NCBI GenBank assembly: GCA_041739995.1
Contig: JBGSMV010000042.1
Coordinates: forward strand, 1 to 64,000
Reading direction: 5' to 3'
DNA from: Bdellovibrionota bacterium
Lineage (GTDB): Bacteria; Bdellovibrionota_C; UBA2361; JBGSMV01
Length of the DNA: 64,000 nucleotides
The position numbers and the translations under genes are program-made. The notes beneath the pieces were generated by a model. That model ran no database searches and was not told where the DNA came from. It saw nothing but the letters and a program-made list of their open reading frames with translations. This document shows, one piece after another, positions 36,720 to 45,655 of this stretch; the stretch's first letter is position 1; each line of letters opens with the position of its first letter.

Positions 36720-37433
36720 ATGCGACAGTTCTGGAACATTGCTTGCCAAACCACCGGCAGCTCATTTGGTAAAGTGGCACTTGTAACTCTTGCGGCTGCA
36801 CTTACTTTTGGTTGTGGGTCAGCGTCCAATAATGACCAAGGAGTGAGCGTCACTCTGTACCAGATGGTGCCAAGCAGCAGCGCAGTTCCACTTTCGGTTT
36901 CCACCGAAGGGGTCGTTTCCACCGGAGCTCTGTCGGGCACTTACGGGTTCCAGAACAACCTTAGTAGTCAGGGTTTTCGTCTTCAAAGAATTTTCTTGCG
37001 CTTCTTTGTGGAGGCTTCTGACGAGCAGCCACCTGAGACCACGGTAGCGATTGGCGCAGTCCTTGGCCCAGCGGGTACGGCAGAGGTTCTGCCGGGAGAA
37101 GATGTGCAGGATGGAACATTGCCTGATGGCTTTAATGATCTTCCGAATTCAGCGCTTGTTAGTGCGTTTGTAATTCCTCCTGAGATTAAAAGCTGGCTGA
37201 ATCTCAACCGAGATTTGCTTCCAGAGCCTCCATACAGCCTCACAATCGAGGCCTTTGGAATTGGAATCACAACAGCTGGAGATCAACTTGAGACCAACCC
37301 GCTCTCGACTTCGGTCACCATTACGCCCGACGTGATCATCAATCCTGAAGCTGGGGGAGAGGAAGAGTCGGCCGCGGACCCGGAGGTGAACCCACTCGAC
37401 GAGAGTGCGACCGGCGGAGATAGCGATCTATAG
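36720..37433 (+). CDS. Lipoprotein of unknown function (pil operon associated)
   Basis: GAGGAG RBS, lipobox-like TFGC, beta-rich body, acidic tail. Confidence 0.7.
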   Translation: MRQFWNIACQTTGSSFGKVALVTLAAALTFGCGSASNNDQGVSVTLYQMVPSSSAVPLSVSTEGVVSTGALSGTYGFQNNLSSQGFRLQRIFLRFFVEASDEQPPETTVAIGAVLGPAGTAEVLPGEDVQDGTLPDGFNDLPNSALVSAFVIPPEIKSWLNLNRDLLPEPPYSLTIEAFGIGITTAGDQLETNPLSTSVTITPDVIINPEAGGEEESAADPEVNPLDESATGGDSDL

Positions 37434-37504
37434 TCTTAGTTGAATTAGGCAAGGTTTTTTTGAGTTATCCAAGGGCAGTTTTTTTTGAGCAGAGGATAGA
37501 GAAT

Positions 37505-38563
37505 ATGAGAAAGGGACTCTTTCAGGGCCTCGTCGCCTTAATCTCGATAGTGGTAGCAGCTGGTATCCTAGTCGCCTGCGGAAGCGGCGGCGGAGATACC
37601 GACGGCGGCAAAGCGGGCGAGGAAACCTTTGATGGGACTGGTTTTGACCCCAGCCTCGCGGGCGCAATTGAGCTTGTGCTCAGAGACGACGACCTTCAAG
37701 TCTCTGAATCTGCTGGATTCTACGTGCAAGTGTCCGACAAAAACGGCGGACCTGTTGCCAACGTTCGAGTAGCTTGTGACACCGAAGCGGGGCTCGCCAT
37801 ACTTGAGCCTTCGGACGGCAATCAGCTCACCGACGATGGTGGCATCATGAGTGGCCGTCTCGGTTGCGAGCAAATCGGTAGTTTTAGAATGGGCTGTCGT
37901 CTCCCAACTGGCGGTGGCAAGCGCAAGTTTGCGACGGTGCAATGTTCGGGACCAATTCCTTCGGGATTTGATGGATTCCCAGGTGCCGGTGGCGGTGGAC
38001 TTGGTGGTGGCTCAGTTAACGAGCCGGATTCGGACGAGTTGGTGACAGTAACCGCGATTGCTTTCTTTGATGGCGGTACCACTAATGCCAACTACGGCGG
38101 GGAAATTGGAGATTTGCAGGTTGATGTGGCCCAAGGAATTTGCGGGACGGCAGCTCCTTTCACTGCTGAACCGTTTTTTGACACTATTGTCGGAATCGAC
38201 GTGCAAAACTTTTTGGACGACTCTGTCAACTTCTCACAAATGAACTACACCGTTGAGAACAGTGATGGAGGTACCCCAGGCACATCATTTACCTCAGCGC
38301 GGTTTGCTTTGATTAATGCTGACGAAGTTCCAGGCGAAGGGGACGCTCAACCTGGTCAGAGAAGATTTCTCGGATTTTTCGCCAAAGCAGGTGCTGGAGG
38401 TGGCGATAAGGCACTTAACGGAGCGAGCACCGCGCTCCCTAGTGGTGACTGGCTCAGCAACGTCACTTTCCGAGTCTTTGGTGTCTCGTCTTCTGGACGA
38501 GAAGTCTCAGCTTCATTACGAGTTGCTATCGCATTCGGAAACTACAATCGCTGCGGCAGCTAA
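37505..38563 (+). CDS. Lipoprotein with Ig-like (Big-1/invasin-like) domain
   Basis: Lipobox LVAC; VQVSDKNGGPVANVRV...TDDGG pattern; Gly-rich linkers; start moved to ATG 37505. Confidence 0.65.
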   Translation: MRKGLFQGLVALISIVVAAGILVACGSGGGDTDGGKAGEETFDGTGFDPSLAGAIELVLRDDDLQVSESAGFYVQVSDKNGGPVANVRVACDTEAGLAILEPSDGNQLTDDGGIMSGRLGCEQIGSFRMGCRLPTGGGKRKFATVQCSGPIPSGFDGFPGAGGGGLGGGSVNEPDSDELVTVTAIAFFDGGTTNANYGGEIGDLQVDVAQGICGTAAPFTAEPFFDTIVGIDVQNFLDDSVNFSQMNYTVENSDGGTPGTSFTSARFALINADEVPGEGDAQPGQRRFLGFFAKAGAGGGDKALNGASTALPSGDWLSNVTFRVFGVSSSGREVSASLRVAIAFGNYNRCGS

Positions 38564-38674
38564 ACGGCGTTGCTGTGGTTTGTAGGTTCTAAGCGTTAGC
38601 ATTCATCTTGCGTCTAGTGGTAGTTTGCTCTTGCTGCGTACTTAAGCGCTGTTGAGGGGGGCTTCTGCAATCGA

Positions 38675-39178
38675 ATGTCGCGTGAAGAAGAGCTCAAAGC
38701 TAGGCTGGCGAGTGACAGCGGTGACCCCGCATTCGCTGAGTTATCAGACCTATATATGGCCGAGGGAAAAGTCGGAGAGGCTTTAACCACGCTCTTGTCT
38801 GGACTCTCTGCGAACCCTGGCTACCACGTCGGCCGCTTGGTGCTGGCTAGACTCTTTGCGCACTTAGGATACGCACCTTTCGCGGTGCGCGAACTCGTCA
38901 CTCTGCGCCAACAGAGACCCGAATGTGAGTCCATTCGGCGATTGCTCGAGGCTATCTCACCCGGTAGTTCAAAGCTTTCTAATGATTCGTGGGAAGATTC
39001 CGCTCGTCAGTTGAGCCAAGACGGGGAGACTGGCGGAGCTGAAAGGGTGGAGAGTCCCGAACGTAGGCAAAACTCCGCGCCCTCTGCTTCGATCGAGGAA
39101 ACTCTCGCAGAAGGTGAGTTCGACTTCGATATCCTATCCGACCTTGCCGAAGATAAAGAAGGCTCAAAGGAGCACTAG
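38675..39178 (+). CDS. TPR-like protein
   Basis: FAELSDLY...G...EA...L..GL..NPGY..GRLVLARL helical-repeat pattern; acidic C-terminal tail. Confidence 0.65.
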   Translation: MSREEELKARLASDSGDPAFAELSDLYMAEGKVGEALTTLLSGLSANPGYHVGRLVLARLFAHLGYAPFAVRELVTLRQQRPECESIRRLLEAISPGSSKLSNDSWEDSARQLSQDGETGGAERVESPERRQNSAPSASIEETLAEGEFDFDILSDLAEDKEGSKEH

Positions 39179-39491
39179 GCTCCCACTCAACTGAGCCTGT
39201 TCTGTAAGCTCAGGAACTCCTTGAGGGAATACTGTTGGCCATGGGGAGGAGGTTTCGGTCAAGTCTCTAAGCCACTGGATCGAACTAACATTCTAGGATA
39301 GTTACCTTATTCCCCGGGTGCTTTGTCGAGGAACTCAAAAGCGTATACAATGAGAGGCCGATCTTGTCGGGCTTTCAATCAGATAATTCTTTGTTTCAGC
39401 ATGTATGGGGAAACCTAAGGAACCAACCGCTTCGGCGCCTACATCTTCCGAGATAAAGAGGGGCTCTGCCTCTTCGGGAGAAACGATTATG

Positions 39492-39535
39492 GAGTCGACT
39501 AGAGAGTCGGCTAGAGAGTCGGCTAGAGAGTCGAC
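39492..39535 (+). repeat. 12-bp tandem repeat (GAGTCGRCTAGA, about 3.7 copies)
   Basis: Copies at 39492, 39504, 39516 and partial at 39528, just upstream of the accB start. Confidence 0.85.
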
Positions 39536-39569
39536 AGTGGTGGTGCTACCGTCTCGCGAAGGAAGTTCG

Positions 39570-40103
39570 ATGGATATTAAGGAACTTGAACAGATAGTTT
39601 CAATTTTAAAGCAGAACGAGGTGACTCGTTTTGAGCTTGAGCAAAAAGGGGTCAAGATAAAGTTATCGCGTCTGGGAAGTGACTCTCCTCGAGTTCGAGT
39701 GCAGGGTAGTCCAGTCGGCTCAGTAGAGCATGCGATTGCACCGCATCACTTTATGGGCGGGCAGCACGTTGGTCAGGCCGCCTCGACTCACCCCGCGCCT
39801 GCGACTCCAATTGCCTCGCATGCTACAAATGGGGCAGGAGCAGCCGTATCACTAGATCATCTCACTAAAGTGGATTCTCCACTGGTCGGAACCTTTTATC
39901 GCAAAGCTTCACCTGACGCAGAGCCTTTTGTGCGTGAGGGGCAGTCCGTACGTAAAGGCGATACTCTTTGTATCGTAGAAGCGATGAAGCTCATGAATGA
40001 AATCGAGGCACCGGTTTCGGGTAAGATAGAGAAGATTCTTGTTCAGGACTCACACGTAGTTGAGTTCGGAGAGGTACTGTTTCTCATAGATGCATCCGCC
40101 TGA
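39570..40103 (+). CDS. accB: Acetyl-CoA carboxylase biotin carboxyl carrier protein
   Basis: MDIKEL N-terminus, SPLVGTFY, EAMKLMNEI biotinylation motif; start moved to ATG 39570. Confidence 0.95.
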   Translation: MDIKELEQIVSILKQNEVTRFELEQKGVKIKLSRLGSDSPRVRVQGSPVGSVEHAIAPHHFMGGQHVGQAASTHPAPATPIASHATNGAGAAVSLDHLTKVDSPLVGTFYRKASPDAEPFVREGQSVRKGDTLCIVEAMKLMNEIEAPVSGKIEKILVQDSHVVEFGEVLFLIDASA

Positions 40104-40242
40104 TCGAATTACTATCGTGACCAGAAGAGTAGTAATTTTCACTTTGAGTTCAGATAGCGCGACCCTCGTGCCCCGGCGGGCAGTGTCAATGGCAGCTTCA
40201 ATAGCGCTGATGTCCCTTCTAGCGAATTAATAAGAGGCTGAA

Positions 40243-41625
40243 ATGGAAAAACCTCCTTTTAATAAAATTCTCATTGCAAACCGTGGCGAGATTGCCGTTC
40301 GAGTCATTCGTGCGTGCCACGAACTTGGTATTAAAACCGTCGCGGTACATTCCATTGCGGACAAGGACGCGTTGCATGTGAAGCTTGCAACTCAGAGCGT
40401 GTGCGTAGGACCTGCATTAGCAAGGGAAAGCTATCTTAACATAGCTTCAATCATGTCAGCGGCTGTGGCGACTGGCGCGGATGCAATTCATCCGGGGTAT
40501 GGATTTCTCAGTGAGAATTCCGGCTTTGCAGAAATTTGCGGCAGCTGTGGAATTACCTTCATTGGACCGTCCGTTCGCGCCATGCGTGTCATGGGCGATA
40601 AGGCGCGTGCGCGTCGAGCGGCGGATAAGGCAGGCGTTCCTACTGTTCCTGGCGACAGCCGCGGATTTCTTGATGGTGCTGAAGCGCTCGCGGTGGCTGA
40701 GCGTGCCGGGTTTCCTATCTTATTAAAGGCCTGCGCCGGCGGCGGGGGTCGTGGAATGAAAGTGGTACAGAGCAAAGACGAGTTCTTGAATTTGTTTGCC
40801 ACGGCGCAGCGTGAAGTTGAAGCGGCGTTTGGAGATGCGCACCTTCTAGTTGAAAAATATCTTCCGAAAGTTCGACACGTAGAGGTTCAGGTCGCAGGCG
40901 ATAATTCGCATAACATTATTCATTTGGGCGTGCGAGATTGCTCAATCCAGCGCCGACACCAGAAGCTTATCGAAGAGTCGCCATCGCCCGGATTACCGGA
41001 CGAGTTTACCAAGGAGATCTGCCGATCGGCGGTGGAATTGTGCAAATCGGTTCACTACACCAACGTGGGAACCTGCGAGTTCTTGGTTGATGTTGAAGCA
41101 ATGAAGTTCTACTTCATCGAGATGAATACTCGACTACAAGTCGAGCATCCGGTAACCGAGCTGCGCTGCGATATCGACCTGGTGAAGGAGCAAATTCGCC
41201 TTGCGTCGGGAAAAGATCTGTCGTTGTGCCAAGCCGACGTGAATCCAACTGGACATGTCATCGAGGTGCGAATTAATGCGGAAGACCCCCGAAAGATGAT
41301 ACCAAGCCCTGGGCTGGTAACTAGTTATCATGCGCCTGGTGGTCGTGGGGTGCGCGTCGATTCTGCTTTGTATCATGGTTACACGGTGCAGCCGTACTAT
41401 GACTCGCTGGTGAGTAAGTTGATCGTTCGTGAAGCAACTCGTGAGCAGTGCATTCGCAAGCTTTTGGTTGCTCTTGATGAATATTTGATTGAGGGTATCC
41501 GCACCAATATCGAGCTGCACCAGCGCATCTTGAATCACCCTGATTTCCGTAGCGGAAATGTGTGGACCAGGTTCCTTGAGTCGGTCAATGTGTTCGATGA
41601 TATTCCGCATGAGGCCGCGGCCTAA
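40243..41625 (+). CDS. accC: Biotin carboxylase
   Basis: ILIANRGEIA, HPGYGFLSEN, GGGGRGM, EMNTRLQVEHPVTE. Confidence 0.97.
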   Translation: MEKPPFNKILIANRGEIAVRVIRACHELGIKTVAVHSIADKDALHVKLATQSVCVGPALARESYLNIASIMSAAVATGADAIHPGYGFLSENSGFAEICGSCGITFIGPSVRAMRVMGDKARARRAADKAGVPTVPGDSRGFLDGAEALAVAERAGFPILLKACAGGGGRGMKVVQSKDEFLNLFATAQREVEAAFGDAHLLVEKYLPKVRHVEVQVAGDNSHNIIHLGVRDCSIQRRHQKLIEESPSPGLPDEFTKEICRSAVELCKSVHYTNVGTCEFLVDVEAMKFYFIEMNTRLQVEHPVTELRCDIDLVKEQIRLASGKDLSLCQADVNPTGHVIEVRINAEDPRKMIPSPGLVTSYHAPGGRGVRVDSALYHGYTVQPYYDSLVSKLIVREATREQCIRKLLVALDEYLIEGIRTNIELHQRILNHPDFRSGNVWTRFLESVNVFDDIPHEAAA

Positions 41626-41694
41626 CTCCCGGCCTAGTTTCGGAGGAGTGTCGAGGGCGTTAGATACCAGACGTTATAATTGGAGACTGTTCGT

Positions 41695-42741
41695 ATGCTG
41701 CATATTGGTAGGAGCCTCTCGGCTGTTTTCCCCTCAGGCTTGGCGAGTGCCACACTCTTGTTCGTATCTCTGATTGGCCCAGAAACAATAAGTAGTGCGT
41801 GGGCTGATGCGCGTCCACAGGTTGTGGTTGTAGAGAAAGTCTTCGACTTTGGTACAGTTTCTCAGGGTACAGTGGTGAAGCATGATTTTACTATTCGAAA
41901 CGGCGGAGACTCTGACTTAGTAATTCAACGGGTTATCCCAGCGTGTGGATGCACTGCGGCGACGGCATCAAGCGAGCCCATTGTTCCCGGCGCCGAACGC
42001 GCGGTGCAGGTATCCTTTGATACGGCGGGGTTCTCCGGTGAGAAGTATAAAACGGTGCGCGTTAATACCAACGATGTTGATAACCTTTCAGTGGTGTTGG
42101 CGTTGCGTGGCGTGGTTGAGCCCGACGTAGTTGTAGAGCCACAGAGCGTGATGTTCGAGGAGGTCATTCGGGGAAGTTCGGAGCCCGCTGAAGAGCAGGT
42201 GGTGACCATTTCTTTGAAGGAAGGAGCCAAAGTAAAGGTGACTGGCGCGCGGGCCTTTAGTCCACACGTTACGGTGAAAGAGCTCGAGCGTTCTGCGGCC
42301 AGAGCCAAGTTCTCAGTCTCGATTGATCCGTCCGCTCCTCTGGGTGAGCTGAGAGATAGAATGGTGATTGGAGTCGATGGTGGAAAGGAGTCAACCATTA
42401 ATGTGCCAATATTTGCAGTGGTGCGCGGGCAACTTGCGTTGCAGCCGCCTCAGCTATCCTTTGGTGTGATCGAGGGCAGTGAGCTCATAACCAGGAGTGT
42501 GAAGTTAGTGAACCGGGGTGCTTCCCCGGTGCGGGTGAAGGAAGTGCGGTCCGCCAACCCTGCAATTTCAACCAGCGTTCGAGAAATTGAGGCCGGAAAG
42601 ACATTTGTGGTCCAGGTTCAGCTTAATCCCGCTCAGGTAAAGCGGGACCTCAGAGCTTCGGTTGAGGTGCTTACCGACAGCCCTGATGAGCCATCTCTCT
42701 CCCTGAGTATTTTTGGGATTCTTCCACCCCCATCCACCTAG
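41695..42741 (+). CDS. DUF1573 domain protein (Ig-like, exported)
   Basis: FDFGTV..G..VKHDF.I.N.G...L.I..V...CGCT signature; GGAG RBS before ATG 41695. Confidence 0.85.
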   Translation: MLHIGRSLSAVFPSGLASATLLFVSLIGPETISSAWADARPQVVVVEKVFDFGTVSQGTVVKHDFTIRNGGDSDLVIQRVIPACGCTAATASSEPIVPGAERAVQVSFDTAGFSGEKYKTVRVNTNDVDNLSVVLALRGVVEPDVVVEPQSVMFEEVIRGSSEPAEEQVVTISLKEGAKVKVTGARAFSPHVTVKELERSAARAKFSVSIDPSAPLGELRDRMVIGVDGGKESTINVPIFAVVRGQLALQPPQLSFGVIEGSELITRSVKLVNRGASPVRVKEVRSANPAISTSVREIEAGKTFVVQVQLNPAQVKRDLRASVEVLTDSPDEPSLSLSIFGILPPPST

Positions 42742-42999
42742 AACCTCTTCAAAGCGAAGCAATTGGCTATTGCTCTATAGGGCAGACTAGAGAGAGCTTC
42801 TTATTCCTTGAAGAGTTGTCCTATTCGAACCGCGTTTTGTTCGGAATTCAATGATTTAGCTCCAATGCTAACGTGCCGAATCTTCCTCGTGAGGCTCTTG
42901 GTTTTAGGTGACAGAATAGCCGGGAGGCTCGTCGATTCGGCGAGAACAGATTCGCTTAGATCTCTTCGCGCTTTTGCGTGAGTCGGTGATATCTCGCCT

Positions 43000-44829
43000 T
43001 TGGCGCGCATACATATGGTTCCCACAGGTTTTTCGATTTTGGCTCGATTGCTTCGGAAGGTCTTGGTTATAGGACTGTTGTTCTCCTGTGCGCACTCCTG
43101 GTTCGAGGCATACGCCGAAACTGTATCCATTTTTGATGTTCCCTTTCGAGTCGATAGTGTTCGCCCGATTGATGCCGAGTCTGTTGAGGTATCGGTGGGA
43201 AGCGAGCGTCGTATCGTGTCCAAGGCTGCGCTTCAAGACGCGGTGGTTGAATTAACGTTCGCGCCCAACGGTCCAGGAATTTCAATGGACCCAGAACGCA
43301 TCGCTACTTTCGTCGAGAAAAGTCTTTCGAGCGGGAAGCTTGAATATGCAGGACTCGCCCTTCCTTCCTACCTAGCCTCCCCACAGATTGATACCCTTGA
43401 AGCTCGCGATATCGTCGAGGAGTTTGCAAAGCTCCCAAAAGCTACGGAGGCGTTTAAAAGCGCGCTACTCACCATCCGTGCTCACGGAGAGGCCTACTCT
43501 GAATTTCGACACCGCCCTGACTTGGTGGCGGTGGTCTTATTTGTAATTGGTCTTGAGGATGGCGTTTGGCTTAGAAGCAACGGGTTCCGTTGGGTGTTCG
43601 CCTTCTCGGAGTCCTTACGCGGATATGTACTCGATCGACTTGCGCGAGCGGTGGTGAATGAGGAGCGTGAGCTCATTCGACGCATTCCAAACGTAGTGCG
43701 TGATTCCTTAGGGGATGAAGATCCTTTCTTTCGCAATGCGCGATTGCTTTCTGAGCGCGTACTGCAAGTACTTGAATATAACTCCGATCAGGCCGTCGAA
43801 ACGCTCTACCCACTCGTTGAAGCTACTCGGCGAGATGCGGATACTCTTCGCATCCTCTATCCGTTGGTTTCAAACACACTTCATGACGTGGCGGAACAGC
43901 GATTGATGGCAGGGCGACCCGCGGAAGCGCTCATGGTGATCTCGCGCACGGACGTAGATCGTAGAACACCAAGGACCCATGAGGTGATACTACGCGCACT
44001 GGAGCAAATTCCCCATGATGATAGGGAGCTCGTTCGAGATGTGGCAGTCGAGAGAATGTTGACCACAATCGCGCTTCGAGATGCCGAAGTGCGCACCAAG
44101 TATGAAGCGATGCTGGAGGCGCAGATTTTGGAGGCGGCTCGCACTGCTGATGTTTCAAATGGATCTGTGCTGCTTTCTAAGCTTACAAGAATTCGATCTG
44201 ACCCTGATCCGCGGAACGACGATCTTCGGATTGAGTTAGCATTAGCTGAGTTGCGATTGGGAAGTCGAGAAGGGGCGCTCACTCACCTGTCAGGAGTTCG
44301 TCTTGGAATTCCAATGTTCGCACGGCTCAAACTCGGGCTTGCGGGCCTATATGTGAACCGATTGCTCGCATTTTTCTGCATTGTCGTTCCAGCCATTTAT
44401 GTAGTGTGGTTTGCGATTGTTGAGTTGCGGCGACTTCGAGACCTGCGCCTAAAGGACGTGGAGCACAGACTTCATGCGCGCGCGGTGCGCGGTGCCGCGG
44501 GAAAGTCTCAGGATTCGGATTCAGACGTACAGTCGGAAAAGGCTGGAATGAATGGAACTTCCGAAGTGAAGTATTTCATTCAAGGCAAGCTAAACAAGCC
44601 CACTGATCCGCGGTTGATTGAGTACGCGCACTGCTTGCTTACCCTTGGGTTGCAGCAGACCGCGTCTTTGAGCGACATCAAAAACTCCTATCGTGGGCTA
44701 GTAAAGCAGATTCATCCCGATCGACTTCAGGAAAACAAAGGGCTCGCTTCAGATCGATTTATAGAGATAACCCAGGCCTACGACAGGGCGTTAGAGCTCA
44801 GACGGCTCACGGGCATCGAGGAGGCTTGA
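43000..44829 (+). CDS. Membrane protein with C-terminal J-domain
   Basis: Signal-like N-terminus, large helical region, TM, then LGL...AS..DIK.SYR.LVK..HPDR...F.EIT.AY; start uncertain. Confidence 0.8.
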   Translation: MARIHMVPTGFSILARLLRKVLVIGLLFSCAHSWFEAYAETVSIFDVPFRVDSVRPIDAESVEVSVGSERRIVSKAALQDAVVELTFAPNGPGISMDPERIATFVEKSLSSGKLEYAGLALPSYLASPQIDTLEARDIVEEFAKLPKATEAFKSALLTIRAHGEAYSEFRHRPDLVAVVLFVIGLEDGVWLRSNGFRWVFAFSESLRGYVLDRLARAVVNEERELIRRIPNVVRDSLGDEDPFFRNARLLSERVLQVLEYNSDQAVETLYPLVEATRRDADTLRILYPLVSNTLHDVAEQRLMAGRPAEALMVISRTDVDRRTPRTHEVILRALEQIPHDDRELVRDVAVERMLTTIALRDAEVRTKYEAMLEAQILEAARTADVSNGSVLLSKLTRIRSDPDPRNDDLRIELALAELRLGSREGALTHLSGVRLGIPMFARLKLGLAGLYVNRLLAFFCIVVPAIYVVWFAIVELRRLRDLRLKDVEHRLHARAVRGAAGKSQDSDSDVQSEKAGMNGTSEVKYFIQGKLNKPTDPRLIEYAHCLLTLGLQQTASLSDIKNSYRGLVKQIHPDRLQENKGLASDRFIEITQAYDRALELRRLTGIEEA

Positions 44830-45206
44830 GCTCTCCTGGTGCTTTGCCAGGTGAACGAAGGTACTCGACTGACTGAGCGCCGTAGCGTGTTCGCTCTGAG
44901 TCGCGGGGGCGGGACTCTCTTTTTGTAGCTGATTGGTGCGATCTCAGCGCACATATTGCGGCGAATGTTTGAACGTTCTCGAGAGGAGAGTTCCGCCAGT
45001 CTGTCGCCTCGAGCCAAGTGCGTGCTGAATCCACAAGAGCGTTTCATCTCAGACCCCTTTGCTCGAGAGAGGAGTGCCTTTCTCAGAGGTGCGGGAACCT
45101 CGTACTCATTCAACAGCGCTAGTGCCCATGTAGTCGCTCCGCTGCGCAGTGCCTTAGAGACCTGAATAAGTAGTGCGTCTGGAATCTGTGGTTTCGCTTT
45201 GCCCAT
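44778..45206 (-). CDS. Hypothetical protein, possibly frameshifted
   Basis: GAGGAG RBS before ATG 45206; first 50 or so residues look protein-like; 3' end overlaps the convergent J-domain gene. Confidence 0.3.
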   Translation of the reverse strand: MGKAKPQIPDALLIQVSKALRSGATTWALALLNEYEVPAPLRKALLSRAKGSEMKRSCGFSTHLARGDRLAELSSRERSNIRRNMCAEIAPISYKKRVPPPRLRANTLRRSVSRVPSFTWQSTRRAQASSMPVSRLSSNALS

Positions 45207-45427
45207 GAACTGCTCCTCTGGTTAGTCAGTAGGCAAGCTAGAGAGCAACAGTGGGGCCAGACGGGCGCCGAAATAACTAGCTGAAATAACAATAGAATAA
45301 TTTTTGAGAACGGCTCGCCTGAGGCGAAAAGCCTCTTTTCCTGAGGTATTTCGCCTCAAACTCCGTGGAGGCAGGCGCTCACTTACTCTGAATTGTAGAT
45401 TGGGCAATTATTTTGGCTTAAGGAGCT

Positions 45428-45457
45428 TTGCCCTCACGTTTAATCACATTCTATAGT
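45428..45457 (+). promoter_or_regulatory. Sigma70-type promoter for SRP RNA
   Basis: TTGCCC (45428-45433), 18-bp spacer, TATAGT (45452-45457), ending about 6 nt before the SRP RNA 5' end. Confidence 0.55.
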
Positions 45458-45463
45458 CTTGCT

Positions 45464-45563
45464 GCGGCGGGACAGCGCGTGCGAGCGGAACCGTGAACCC
45501 GGTCAGGCCCGGAAGGGAGCAGCCGCAACGAAATTCTACTGTGATACGATGCTGTTTCGCCGT
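45464..45563 (+). ncRNA. ffs: Signal recognition particle RNA (4.5S, small bacterial type)
   Basis: Conserved core GTCAGGCCCGGAAGGGAGCAGC; 5' GCGGCGGGACAGC pairs with 3' GCTGTTTCGCCGT; upstream of dnaX. Confidence 0.93.
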
Positions 45564-45655
45564 TTTTGAAGTTGGTGCAATGACTTCTCCCTCTATGGTA
45601 GGGCGAATTCGTTCGATACGGCCGGTAGGCGCCTTTTAACAAAGCAGTACGCCCG

